Assembly: GCA_963792585.1 (NCBI GenBank)
Contig: CAWBWI010000002.1
Coordinates: forward strand, 96,001-160,000
DNA from: Candidatus Eiseniibacteriota bacterium
Lineage (GTDB): Bacteria > Eisenbacteria > RBG-16-71-46 > CAIMUX01 > VGJL01
Direction: 5' to 3'
Length of the DNA stretch: 64,000 bases
This document shows, piece after piece, positions 20,999-30,949 of this stretch. The translations under genes were made by a program, and so were the position numbers. Position 1 is the first letter of the stretch. Every line of letters begins with the position of its first letter. A model generated the notes under the pieces. It did not search any database. It saw only the letters and a program-made list of their open reading frames with translations, and was not told where the DNA came from.

Positions 20999-21295
20999 CT
21001 ATGAGGATGTCCCGATCCCCCGGTCTTCACGGGGCATTGGCCGCGTTGACCAGAAGTTGCCTAGGAATAGGGCGTGACCGCCCAGCGAACCGCTCCGCAC
21101 TTCCGGCTTGAGGAGGGGCCGGAGCCAACAGTCGCCATTTGCCTGGACGAGAAGCACGTACCGGGTATCTCCCTCTTGGAGGAAGCTCGCTGTGCTAATG
21201 GGCTGCAAGTGCCCTCCTTGTCCAAGCCCCACGCAGAGGACCCAGAAGATGAGGACGAGCAGCACGATGATGATGCCGAGTGCAGCCATGGTCAT
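20999..21295 (-). CDS. Small membrane protein
   Basis: RBS AAGGAGGTG before ATG 21295 and a strongly hydrophobic N-terminus. Confidence 0.45.
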   Translation of the reverse strand: MTMAALGIIIVLLVLIFWVLCVGLGQGGHLQPISTASFLQEGDTRYVLLVQANGDCWLRPLLKPEVRSGSLGGHALFLGNFWSTRPMPREDRGIGTSS

Positions 21296-21595
21296 ACTCT
21301 TCACCTCCTTTGCTTCCGCACACCCGCGGGCGATGAGCGGAATGAGAAGGTGACGAGGGGACCGATGCTCCTTCTGCGGTCCACAGACTGGGGCTGGTGA
21401 ATGGTGCGGGGACGAGCGGGGGGTCGTTCGGCTCGAACCCGATGTAGCCTTCGTCGGCCCGCTTCTTCGCCTGACGGCTCGGGGTCGGGCAGCCCTTCGC
21501 AGCGCGGGCCACCCCGTCCTAGCAGCGGGAGGCGCGAGGGGCTGAATGAAGGTAGCGGAATGTCTGCCGAGCACAGGCAGGATGATCGCCTGAGG

Positions 21596-22126
21596 TCACG
21601 CTCCCGGCCCGTGGGGCAATGGCGGCGTTCCCGTCGTCTCGGCCAGGGCTTCTTTGATGCTGGGCCACCTGTCCTCCAGAACCTCAAGCCTGAGAATCGC
21701 CTCCGCAAGGGCCGGACAAGGATCGGCGCGACGCTCGAGACGGTCCGCCACTGTCCGTTCGTATTCAAGAAGATCGATCGTGATACCGTATTCGGCGATC
21801 CGGGAGAGGAAGAAAGACCGCAGCGCGGTGAAGTCCAGGCCGCGGGAGGCGCACTCCCTCCGCGAGATGGGCGGTCCGAACATCCGGTGGGTGTGGTCGG
21901 CGGCGAGACGCGCGGCCACAATCCCGTCAGTAAGGGAAGCGATCACGTGTAACGCGGCCGCGACCAGTTCGATATCCAAGGGCTTCGGGCTCTCGCCAAA
22001 TCGTGTGTGTCGGAGGAGATCCGGGAGCGGCCTCCTTGGCCGGCCAGTGCGCGTGCGGTCCTTTGCTGGGAGCGCATTCAAGAATTCCTGCATGCGGCCC
22101 GGGTGTGTGTTTACGTGGGAGATCAT
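21596..22126 (-). CDS. Hypothetical protein
   Basis: Helical ORF filling the gap, with no recognised motif. Confidence 0.4.
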   Translation of the reverse strand: MISHVNTHPGRMQEFLNALPAKDRTRTGRPRRPLPDLLRHTRFGESPKPLDIELVAAALHVIASLTDGIVAARLAADHTHRMFGPPISRRECASRGLDFTALRSFFLSRIAEYGITIDLLEYERTVADRLERRADPCPALAEAILRLEVLEDRWPSIKEALAETTGTPPLPHGPGA

Positions 22127-22359
22127 GTAGGGGGGTTGATTGCTGAGTGCGGTCACTCTACCAAGATCGCGTCTGGGTGTCAACCCCACCCCGGGCCGTC
22201 GGGCGGCCTTCCCTGCCGGGTCCTGTCGCTACTCCGTTCAGGCTTACCGACTTGATTGGAGTGGTTTAGAGACGTCAGCATATCCGAGTACCATGATGGA
22301 CTCTCTTCGCAGCCATGGTTCTAGTACAATGCTTTGCGGAGGGCCGTATGTTGGACCAC

Positions 22360-23520
22360 ATGCCAATCGAGAACATCGACCGGGCGAGATTACAGTTGCT
22401 CGTTGAGCACCGGATTCCCGAACAGCTCACCCTGGAATACAAGCGGGCACTGCCGGGTGGATCACTGAAGGAGCGAAAGGAATTCCTGGCGGACGTGACC
22501 GCGTTTGCCAACACCGCGGGCGGGCATATCGTTTACGGGATCGAAGAACTCCGCGAGTCCGGGAAGAAGACAGCGATTGCCAACACACTCAGGGGGCTAC
22601 CTGCGGTGGACGTCGAGGAGGCGATCCACCGGCTGGAGCAGATGATTCTGGCCGGGACGACCCCAGCGCTTCGCGGTTGCCGATTCCACCGAGTGCCCCT
22701 GGAGAACCACGAGGAATCTCTGGTCCTGCGCATCCCGCGCAGCTGGGCCGCGCCGCATGCGGTGACGCTTGAGGGAGGGTTTCGGTTCTGGGCTCGTCGC
22801 TCAAATGGAAAGGGCCAACTGAACGTGCCGGAGCTTCGCGCAGCATTCCTGCGCTCTGATGTGGTGGCGGAGAGAATCCGGCGGTTTCGCTTCGAACGAA
22901 TGGCGGAGATCCGCGCCCGTCAGACTCCGCTTCCGATCACCGAGGGTGGCGCCGCCGTCATTCACGTTGTGCCCTTCTCATCGTTTGACCTGGGGCGGTC
23001 AGTTTCCGGTGAAATGCTCTACAATTGTCGGGACCAGCTCGCCCCGACTTGGGGAGGGGCTGAAGGGCACTTCGTCACAGCGGAAGGGCTATTCGCCTAT
23101 GCGACGAATAATGACCGTGACCGGGCCATAAGCTATGCTCTCGCCTTTCGCGACGGGCCGATTGAATACGTTGATGCCGAGTGTTTTCGCCGCAGAATCG
23201 AAATCACCTGGATACAGATCGAAGCATTCCGCGCTCGAGCAATTCAGGCGGTGGAGCAGGCCTTGAAGTTGCTAGAGCGCGTCGACGTTCTCCCTCCGGT
23301 TTCCGTTACGATGAGCCTGTTGGACGTACGAGGGTGCCGGTACCAGGAGACCTCGGCTCATTACTTGCATCCACATGCCATCCACTGCGAGGAAGTTCAC
23401 TCTCCCGACCTCGTGCTCGATAGCTACGACATCGACCTGACCTCCGCGCTCAAACCTGCGTTTGACGTGCTCTGGAATGCGGGCGGATGGGTCGTGTCGC
23501 CGAGGCCGATCACCGCCTGA
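22360..23520 (+). CDS. AlbA_2 (Schlafen-like) domain protein
   Basis: EQLTLEYKR, EFLADVTAFANTAGGHIVYGIEE, IPRSWAAPH, FWARRSNGK. Confidence 0.9.
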   Translation: MPIENIDRARLQLLVEHRIPEQLTLEYKRALPGGSLKERKEFLADVTAFANTAGGHIVYGIEELRESGKKTAIANTLRGLPAVDVEEAIHRLEQMILAGTTPALRGCRFHRVPLENHEESLVLRIPRSWAAPHAVTLEGGFRFWARRSNGKGQLNVPELRAAFLRSDVVAERIRRFRFERMAEIRARQTPLPITEGGAAVIHVVPFSSFDLGRSVSGEMLYNCRDQLAPTWGGAEGHFVTAEGLFAYATNNDRDRAISYALAFRDGPIEYVDAECFRRRIEITWIQIEAFRARAIQAVEQALKLLERVDVLPPVSVTMSLLDVRGCRYQETSAHYLHPHAIHCEEVHSPDLVLDSYDIDLTSALKPAFDVLWNAGGWVVSPRPITA

Positions 23521-23559
23521 TTGCCGAAGAAGTCCGGCGACGGAAAGCTAGCCCTCTGA

Positions 23560-23819
23560 TGCCGCCCGACGGAAGTACCGGCGATACATCCCGCCAACCG
23601 TCGGCTCGTCGAGAATCCCCCCCCCACGCTGGGCCGCCCGCTACCCCGCGGAACGGGATAGCCCTTCTCCAACCCAAAGTAAGTTCGCGAACCGTGGTAG
23701 TCCTCAAGGTAGCCTCGAACCACGCGCCGGAGACGCCTCTCGCTGAAGAAGATCTCCATGGCAAGGGCAAGCTGCGAATGAAGGACGGAGATCAGGGTGC
23801 GGAAGAGGGTGAAAGGCAT
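23560..23819 (-). pseudogene. IS integrase-core C-terminal remnant
   Basis: FSERRLRRVVRGYLEDYHGSRTYFGLEK resembles the rve transposase C-terminus. Confidence 0.55.
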
Positions 23820-23937
23820 GACGGTGAGGCTAACGTGGGCCCAACGCCATCTTCACACTTCCCAACGCGGACGGGGTTCTTTTAAGGAACAGGTGATCAG
23901 TATTTTCTTGGAGTATGCAGACAAGGATTTGAGAACG

Positions 23938-24150
23938 TTATACCCTTGCATACCGATAGATGTTCTTAATGTTCTGAGCGAGGAATTGACCAGTTGAAGG
24001 AGCGACCTTCAATTCCTCAAAGACAATCTCAGGCACGTCGAAATACCGATAGCGTCCGCCATTCCTGAACTCGACGGTCAGGACTGAGCTTTCCGGGTCG
24101 TAGCCAAAACCGGAAATGTTAGATGAATTGGGTGTCGTAATCCAGTTCAT
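23938..24150 (-). CDS. KTSC domain protein
   Basis: SSNISGFGYD..LTVEFRNGGRYRYFDVP..F..L..APSTGQF...IK. Confidence 0.92.
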   Translation of the reverse strand: MNWITTPNSSNISGFGYDPESSVLTVEFRNGGRYRYFDVPEIVFEELKVAPSTGQFLAQNIKNIYRYARV

Positions 24151-26096
24151 GCGATTGCTCCTGGGGTGGGGGGTATATCCGGATTGTCTGAGGCGCTCTT
24201 CTTGTGTTCATAATGAGGACTTTGCTTGCGCCACTGTCCCATCACGATCGCGTAGTCCTCAGGATGCCTGGGTATCGCCCAACCACCCTCGCCTTCATAA
24301 CCGTCTTTCTTCGGATCGCCTGGAATGGACGGCACCATTCGAATAACGACGCGAGGATCGCTGCTGTCAGGTCGTCGGTGCCTCTCTGGTGGATCAATCA
24401 GTGTCCGGATCGGAAGACTCACAGCCTCACCAACGATGATTGCCTCCCCGGTCCGGAGTATCGGAAGCATGTCGAACAGACCTTTGAGGTTGTCTGAGGC
24501 CGCTCCCGCGACTTGTCCACGGTCGACGTCACTAGCCAGTCGCATTGAGACTATGGTGCCACATTGCGAGAGAATAGTGGGGTCGATTTCGGAAGGACGC
24601 TGGCTTACGATCATTACTCCGACGCCATACTTCCGCCCTTCCTTGGCAATTCTTCTCACCGCAGTCGCGGCTGGGCCCGAGTGCTCCTTAGCCAGATACG
24701 CGTGCGCCTCTTCAAGAACGAGCATCAAAGGACGCTCACGAGCACCTTCTGGGAGATTTCTGGCCCAGAACATCGCGTCGTAGAGAATGCGCAGCAGGGC
24801 GCCGATGAGGTCGTTCAGGACTGTTGAAGGGACGCCCGAGAGATCCAGAATTGCGATTGGCGCAGGCCTTCCAAGCCATCCCGCCAGCAGGGCATCGAGA
24901 TCCTTGGCTACTGTGCCGTCAAGTTTGGGTCGCCATTCGTCGGGGTTGAAGAGGAATGCGAGCTGCGGATCCCTGAGTTTTGATGCAAGAATTGCTAGTT
25001 GCTGGCGCATCCCTAGCGAGTCTGGACCCCACTGTACCCGCTCGGCGGCCGGACCTGTAGTCTTGACCGTGCGAAACTGTGGTGGGGTTACCGTCATGGC
25101 ATCGCCAAGCTGAAGTGGCTTGCCGTCCGGACCAAGGACGTAAGCAGACTCCACCTCATCGGCGGCGGCGCCAGGTTTCGGGATTACCGTGCGATGCTCA
25201 TGCTGGTGGAAGTCAAACCAGAGCTTGTGAATACAGAAGGGCACCGGCGAGTCCACAGTCACTCGATCCGAGGTGACTCCAGCACGGGGTTGTTTCCCAA
25301 GCGCCTCGCGCTTGAGCGCAACGATGGCATCGGCAACGGCTGCCAACGGTCGCTCCTGCAAATCGCCAAAGGCCAGCTTCCCGAGTTCGTCAAATCTGAG
25401 AGCCCAAAACGGTATCTGGAGCGGGTACTCGCCCTTGCTGGTATCCGCTGAGATTCTAAACACTGTGGATCGATCAGCCAGCGCGCTTGCGTATTCACCG
25501 TGAATGTCCAGTATGACAATGCGGGCGGAAGGATAACGACTCGGTTCCGAAAGCGCAGCCAATAGTCCGGCGACGGTAGTCGATTTACCCGAACCGGTTG
25601 TCCCCACGACGGCGCAGTGACGAGTGATTAGCCTGTTGATATTCACCAAAGCTGGAATAGATTCAGCACTGGCCAAGTGGCCAACGGCGACAAAATCTAC
25701 TGGGTCTCCCGGACCGTAGATCTCGCGGAGGTCCTCTTCGGTGACGATGTGGACCGCATCATTGATAGTAGGATGCTGCGAAACGCCTCGCTCGAATCTC
25801 CCCTCACGACCTCTCTCACCAACCAGTTGTACCCTGATCCACTGATTGCCCCACGGTCGTGTGCCCTCATCGGTCTGTGGTGCTGCACCCGCCCCGACCT
25901 GCGAGACGATCCCGAACAGGGAGGTATAACCCAGGGGGATCCGGACGAAGCTGCCAACCTGCCCGATTCTGTATGATTCACCCTTGAAGAAACTTAGACC
26001 TGTGACGCTCTCGCCGAAGAGTGACACACTGATTGACGTTCCCGCGACATCTTGGACGGTTCCAATCAGTGTTGGATCAGTGCGCATCAACAACAT
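24147..26096 (-). CDS. herA: HerA-like ATPase (HAS barrel + FtsK/HerA) of a Sir2-HerA defence system
   Basis: GQVGSFVRIP, RHCAVVGTTGSGKST, DIHGEY, LEEAH, IAKEGRKYG, SQRPSE. Confidence 0.92.
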   Translation of the reverse strand: MLLMRTDPTLIGTVQDVAGTSISVSLFGESVTGLSFFKGESYRIGQVGSFVRIPLGYTSLFGIVSQVGAGAAPQTDEGTRPWGNQWIRVQLVGERGREGRFERGVSQHPTINDAVHIVTEEDLREIYGPGDPVDFVAVGHLASAESIPALVNINRLITRHCAVVGTTGSGKSTTVAGLLAALSEPSRYPSARIVILDIHGEYASALADRSTVFRISADTSKGEYPLQIPFWALRFDELGKLAFGDLQERPLAAVADAIVALKREALGKQPRAGVTSDRVTVDSPVPFCIHKLWFDFHQHEHRTVIPKPGAAADEVESAYVLGPDGKPLQLGDAMTVTPPQFRTVKTTGPAAERVQWGPDSLGMRQQLAILASKLRDPQLAFLFNPDEWRPKLDGTVAKDLDALLAGWLGRPAPIAILDLSGVPSTVLNDLIGALLRILYDAMFWARNLPEGARERPLMLVLEEAHAYLAKEHSGPAATAVRRIAKEGRKYGVGVMIVSQRPSEIDPTILSQCGTIVSMRLASDVDRGQVAGAASDNLKGLFDMLPILRTGEAIIVGEAVSLPIRTLIDPPERHRRPDSSDPRVVIRMVPSIPGDPKKDGYEGEGGWAIPRHPEDYAIVMGQWRKQSPHYEHKKSASDNPDIPPTPGAIA

Positions 26097-27297
26097 CCTG
26101 TTCGATGTCTCGATTTGAAAGTTGGTGAGTCAGAAAACGGGCGAAGGCAGCGAAGTCCCCGAGCAGCCATTTGCATCGGTCCGGAGGCGCTGCGGTGCGC
26201 GTCTTGGGCATGTCCTTTGTCACTGCGACGGAGTAGGCAGGGTTCGAGTCTTTGACGGTATTTCCCCAGTTGCGGTCGAGAGTCCCTACGATTCCGCCAT
26301 CCGCAGCCAACAGAGTCAAATTGGCATGTCGTCTAGCTAGTCCAATAGCCTTTGGGGCACTGACACGATCATTGAAGATCATCCCGAGACACGCAGCATT
26401 TGGATTACCTGAAAGGCCTTGCCCGATAAAGGCGTTGATGTGCTCATCGGCGAAGGAGTAGCCACATGTGAGCAGCACGCATTGGTCCGAGCGGAGAAAC
26501 ACGCGCAGTCGATCTAGCATCGCATAGTATGGCATCTGTCGACTCTGGTCGTACTTCAGGTGCGAGGGATAAACCAGGAGTTGCTCTCCCTCCACCTTGT
26601 CACGGCTACGGCGAATCTTCTTCTTGGCCGTCATCCACCAGTTGATAGATCCGTGTATCTTCCACAACCGTGTCCATCGCGCGGGCAGGTCGTCGGCGGC
26701 CATGGATTCGAGATCTAGGAAGGCACTGTCAGATCCGACAAAGCCGTCAAAATACGGAACACGTTGCTCTTCCAGAGCTTGTTCCAATGACAGGTCGTAG
26801 TTCGTTGTGAATATCTCGACGGGTTTGTCACGGGGAATGGCCTGAATCCATCGTGCGAGTGCATGATACGGCGTGTTAGTCGTTGGAAGAGGCTTATTGA
26901 CAATATCGCGGATCTTCGCGCAGATCGAGCCATCAAGCATGACAAGATCATCTGCGGAGAAGCCGTCGATGTCCCCGGTCTCGCACAGCGACTTGAGTGT
27001 ACGAATATGGCTAAGGACATCTTCGACTGTCGGCTCTGGAATGCCGCGCGCGATCACACGGTTCCACGCGATCTGGGCCGCCGACTTCAGGTCAGATTGG
27101 TTGTCCAGGAATGCCTTGACCTCTGCGGTGAGACCGGCAATATCCGGAATCGTCGGCCCTCCGTCGGCCTGTGAACAGCCCGCACCGATAAAGAAACCGA
27201 TGCGCATCTTACCTGGGGCAAGTCGTTGTAGGATGTCGGTGGCACGGCGATAAGGACAGTGCACCGGCCCGTTCGCTTCTGTTGGTGTAGGCGTCAT
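26077..27297 (-). CDS. SIR2-family NADase of a Sir2-HerA defence system
   Basis: FFIGAGCS, FTTNYD, FDGF, KIHGSINW, GYSFADEHIN. Overlaps the herA start. Confidence 0.92.
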   Translation of the reverse strand: MTPTPTEANGPVHCPYRRATDILQRLAPGKMRIGFFIGAGCSQADGGPTIPDIAGLTAEVKAFLDNQSDLKSAAQIAWNRVIARGIPEPTVEDVLSHIRTLKSLCETGDIDGFSADDLVMLDGSICAKIRDIVNKPLPTTNTPYHALARWIQAIPRDKPVEIFTTNYDLSLEQALEEQRVPYFDGFVGSDSAFLDLESMAADDLPARWTRLWKIHGSINWWMTAKKKIRRSRDKVEGEQLLVYPSHLKYDQSRQMPYYAMLDRLRVFLRSDQCVLLTCGYSFADEHINAFIGQGLSGNPNAACLGMIFNDRVSAPKAIGLARRHANLTLLAADGGIVGTLDRNWGNTVKDSNPAYSVAVTKDMPKTRTAAPPDRCKWLLGDFAAFARFLTHQLSNRDIEQDVVDAH

Positions 27298-27835
27298 AGG
27301 TCCTCTCTAGTGCGACCGCTGGATCGAACTCAGTGGTATCGCCGTACCGACACGGTCATCGCGGAGCATCTGCCACTCATGTGCTGGGAACCGGTTCGGG
27401 CCTCTTGCGCGATCGGTGTTGTGGGATAGTTGGGGGTGCGGCTGAGTCTTCTGCCGTGGGTAGGTGTGGACGCCCGCAAGCTGGACGCTTGTGCCGCCGA
27501 CCTACGCCTCCAAGTTGAGCCGACAGACCCCACCACCACCTCCTGGTGCCTTTCGTCCCGCCTAGATTGACCACAGCGAGTCTAGCCGAGCCATGGGGGT
27601 GGGTGCAAAGGTGTTTGAGGGGGTCCATCGGGCGACCTCCCCCTTTCGGCCCGACGGCGAGCCCGAGCTCGCAGGGTCCATCGAGATGGCGGCATCTATG
27701 AACGGCGTGGCGGTTGGGGCTGGGTCTCGCTGCAACGATCGCATCGATGCTGCGCTGTACAGTGGCTACGGCTTCATAGGGGATCAGAGCACACTAGATT
27801 TGGCGGGACGAGTCCATGTTGCCGTCTGAGAAGAA

Positions 27836-28075
27836 AGGCCGTCCCTTAAGTATGCGGCCTGTGACAGCAGAATCATGGGAGCGCGAGCGCGCTCCGGAAG
27901 GTGCTGGAGAGCCGGAATCCAGAGTCCATCTGGACCATTGAACTTCGCGACTTGGTGACCTCGGTGAAGGCATTGAAGAGTGACCAGGCAGCGTCCGGAC
28001 GGAACTCCGATTGCCGCGGCCGATTCCAGGCCCCCATGACGAGTGGCGGACTGCGAGGCTGGCAGTCTCTGCAAT
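27836..28075 (-). repeat. Diverged copy of the DUF932 gene 3' end plus its terminator
   Basis: Translates AWSLFNAFTEVTKSRS..QMDSGFRLSSTFRSALAL, versus AWSLYNAFTEVSKSRS..QMDAGLRLASTFRSTLAL at 29661-29850. Hairpin AGGCCG..CGGCCT at 27836-27860. Confidence 0.85.
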
Positions 28076-28434
28076 GTCTCACGACTGTCCACTGTGTCCT
28101 ATCTTCCTTCCAGGTGACCCCCGACAGAGGTCCCTGCCGTCAATCCCGTTCGCCACGGTGGTCTTGGGATTCCTTCCGTCTGCCTCCGGGTTCCACGCTG
28201 CGCCCTGGTGACGCGCGCCTCCGCCTCCAGCCCGAACGGTTCCCAGGCGGCGCCGGGCGGAACTCGCACACACAGAGAGTCGCCGCCCTGGCGCGGCGCA
28301 CAGTATCGGCAGATTACGCCCGATGGATCAGCCGTCCCGCCGGCCCCCACTTCGCAAGACGCTGACTTGCGAGCGGTCACGTTCGGCCGAGTATTGGCAC
28401 CGTACTGGGACAGGACAGCGACCTTACGACAAGC

Positions 28435-29244
28435 TCAGTATGTTGGAATCGGCCCCGGTACTGGACGCCAGCTCCACTCTACCTGCGTCAACTTTGCGCC
28501 TGTAAATGGTGCCGATGGATCATCGGGACGCGTGTACAGAACGCGCTGGGAGATGCGCAAGAGGTCGTAGAAGTTCCGTGCGTCTACCAGCTCCACAGGA
28601 GTTCCCAGAAGCGTCGCAAGCGACGCTTCCTCCGAGGCCCCTGGCTGGAACGATGACGTGGTCACGAAGACTCCTGAGGGATGACCCCTGAGGATCAAGG
28701 CCCCCACGAAGGCCCTAATGGCTTCCGCTCGAATCCGACGCTTGTAGCGCTTGACTTGGACACCAATCGTATCGCCAGTTGCACCCCGAAGGACGACGTC
28801 GATCCCGCCGTCGCCAGACCGGCCCGTGACAATAGTGCGATAACCACAGGAACCAAAGACACTCGCTACCGTCTTCTCAAGGAGGGTGGGAGACATGGAT
28901 AGGCGGTTTTCATACTTGGCCGCGAGGTACGCCCGCACTTCATTGAGAGGCGCCGTCTGGTTTGCGAGATCAAGGGGCTTGAGTACCCCCATTGCCCCAT
29001 TGATCTCGGTACTTGCACTGCCATGTCCTGTCTCCATGCGCTTGATCTTCTTTGTCCACCATCCGCATACAGGACAGACCCTGACTCGGCAGTGTTCCTC
29101 CTGCGGCCCGTGTCCTATGAAGACTCGCTCTTCCCGATCCTCGAGCGTCTGAAGGGGCTCATCACAGAACGCACAACAGACCCGATCGAGTGCGAGCTTC
29201 AAGATAGGGACGGTCACGGCACCGGGTTCATATTCCCAGATCAT
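28435..29244 (-). CDS. Mrr-like restriction endonuclease with N-terminal zinc ribbon
   Basis: CAFC/CPVCGWW, LEKTVASVF..GY, SGDGGIDVV..VQVKRY, VFVTTSSF, VELVD. Confidence 0.85.
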   Translation of the reverse strand: MIWEYEPGAVTVPILKLALDRVCCAFCDEPLQTLEDREERVFIGHGPQEEHCRVRVCPVCGWWTKKIKRMETGHGSASTEINGAMGVLKPLDLANQTAPLNEVRAYLAAKYENRLSMSPTLLEKTVASVFGSCGYRTIVTGRSGDGGIDVVLRGATGDTIGVQVKRYKRRIRAEAIRAFVGALILRGHPSGVFVTTSSFQPGASEEASLATLLGTPVELVDARNFYDLLRISQRVLYTRPDDPSAPFTGAKLTQVEWSWRPVPGPIPTY

Positions 29245-29619
29245 CTGTCTTTCCTCGAGTGATCCTTCAGAACCAGCAAGACACCACCACGAATCGAGCT
29301 GAGGTGTCCTCCGGACCCGCGGTTTAGCACCGATGGACCAACGAACGCAAGCGACCCCCAAAGTCCATACTCCCCGAGAAGCTCGTACCTATTCGGTCGC
29401 CAGGAGTAGTGGCGACTTGATAACACCCGACGGCACATGGCACAAGTCTCTGCGCGCGGATTCCGGCCATCGTGATCACAGAGATTCGAGGGCTGCAGGT
29501 CCTTGAGATCCTTCTCGTACGGATTAAACCTCGTCGTGCCCATTTCCGATCTCCGTGTCAATCGTTCCGCTGCCAGGTGGCGCCCTATTCTACGCTGGGT
29601 CTCGCCGAGAAGAAACATA

Positions 29620-29654
29620 CCAGAAAGGAGAAGCCGCCTCGGGAGAGACGGCTT
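29620..29654 (-). terminator. Likely intrinsic terminator after DUF932
   Basis: Stem AAGCCGCCTC / GAGACGGCTT followed by a pyrimidine run on the minus strand. Confidence 0.6.
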
Positions 29655-29660
29655 GTGTGT

Positions 29661-30392
29661 TCAGAGCGCGAGCGTGCTCCGGAAGGTACTGGCGAGCCGG
29701 AGCCCCGCGTCCATCTGGACCCGTGGGCTTCGGGACTTGCTGACTTCGGTGAAGGCATTGTAGAGCGACCAGGCGGTCCGGGCCGCGAATGCCTCGTGCG
29801 CCGGTCTCTCCCACGCACCGATCACTTGCGGGAGTTGCGACGCGGGCAGGACGTTCCTTCGAACGGCCTCGACCATGAGATGGTCGGCCGTCTCGGGCGA
29901 GAGTTCCCGCGCCCTTCATCGCCGCGATCTCCGCGTGGATCCGGCCCTGCATTGAGGAGACCTTCGAGAGCATGCGGTAGATGAGGTCGGGCAGGTCCCG
30001 GAACACGTTGACCGTGTGCTTGCGGTTCGTGCCGGCCTCGCCGGAGAAGCTGAGGTTGTCGCAGCAGAAGACCCTGGCCCCCGCAACGATCCCGACGGAA
30101 AGGGAACGATCATAGAGCTCGAGCGAAGACCGATCGCGAGGGCGTAGTCCGCGTGCTCCCCGCCGTTCCGGCAGGTCAGCACTCCGAACATCTGCTGCCC
30201 CTCGCGGGCAAGCGCATAGCGAGCGTCGGTGATCTGCAGGCCAAACCGGGGAACATGGAGTTCGACCTCCTCGACGAACCGGCCATAGGGGACCGGAACG
30301 TAGGAGTCGGTTTCGGAAGGAACAGGCACGGAGGCCAGGTCGGCTTTGGTTGCCTCCCATCCCCCGCGGTGAAGAACCAACTGGCCAGGCAT
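29661..30392 (-). CDS. DUF932-like protein, two frameshifts (~30120, ~29910)
   Basis: MFGVL, GLRSS/YDRSLSVGIVAGARVFCCDNLSF, RKHT, TAWSLYNAFTE. Confidence 0.75.
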
Positions 30393-30412
30393 GGTACGAA
30401 ACCTCCTTTCGG

Positions 30413-30845
30413 CTAGTGGAGCAGCCCCTTTTCCTGGAAGGAAAGGAACGAACCGTTCCCGCCCACGATGATGTGATCCAGGACCTCGATTCCGACGAGC
30501 CGACCACGTGTCTGACGAGCCGGTTCGTGATCTCTGATGTCGTCGTCTGAAGGGGAGATGTCTCCAGACGGGTGGTTGTGGGCCAGGATCATCGAGGCGG
30601 CGCTGGCGACGATGGCCGGCCGGAAGACCTCGCGGGGATGGACGATGGACGCGTTGAGGCTTCCCACCGAGATCGTCTCGATGCCGAGCACCGTGTGACG
30701 GCTGGTGAGGAGCACGACGATGAAGTGCTCCCGTTTCTCCTTCTTGAGCGAGGCCATGAGGAGCTGCGCGACATCGCTCGGGTTTCGTGACGACCGGGGG
30801 CTGCTTGCCCCGGTAGCGGCGGGTCCGCAGTTCGGCGACATACAT
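30413..30845 (-). CDS. radC: RadC-like JAB domain protein, small indels
   Basis: EHFIVVLL, SVGSLNASIVHPREVF, AHNHPSGDISPSDDD, VLDHIIVG. Confidence 0.9.
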
Positions 30846-30873
30846 AGGACTCTTTCCTCCTGGTTGCCGGGTG

Positions 30874-30911
30874 AGAAAGAAGAGGGGCCTTCAGGGATCT
30901 CCCGAAGGCCC
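30874..30911 (-). terminator. Likely intrinsic terminator
   Basis: Stem GGGCCTTC..GAAGGCCC followed by CTCTTCTTTCT on the minus strand. Confidence 0.6.
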
Positions 30912-30949
30912 GGCATTTGGTGGGAAACGAACGAAGAACGAAGCGCGGG

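Noticed and set aside
26238..26255. GGTTCGAGTC tRNA T-loop-like motif
   Set aside because: Inside the Sir2 CDS with no cloverleaf.
30413..30845. RadC JAB as part of the ubiquitin-like system
   Set aside because: Typical mobile-element RadC next to DUF932, 25 kb away.
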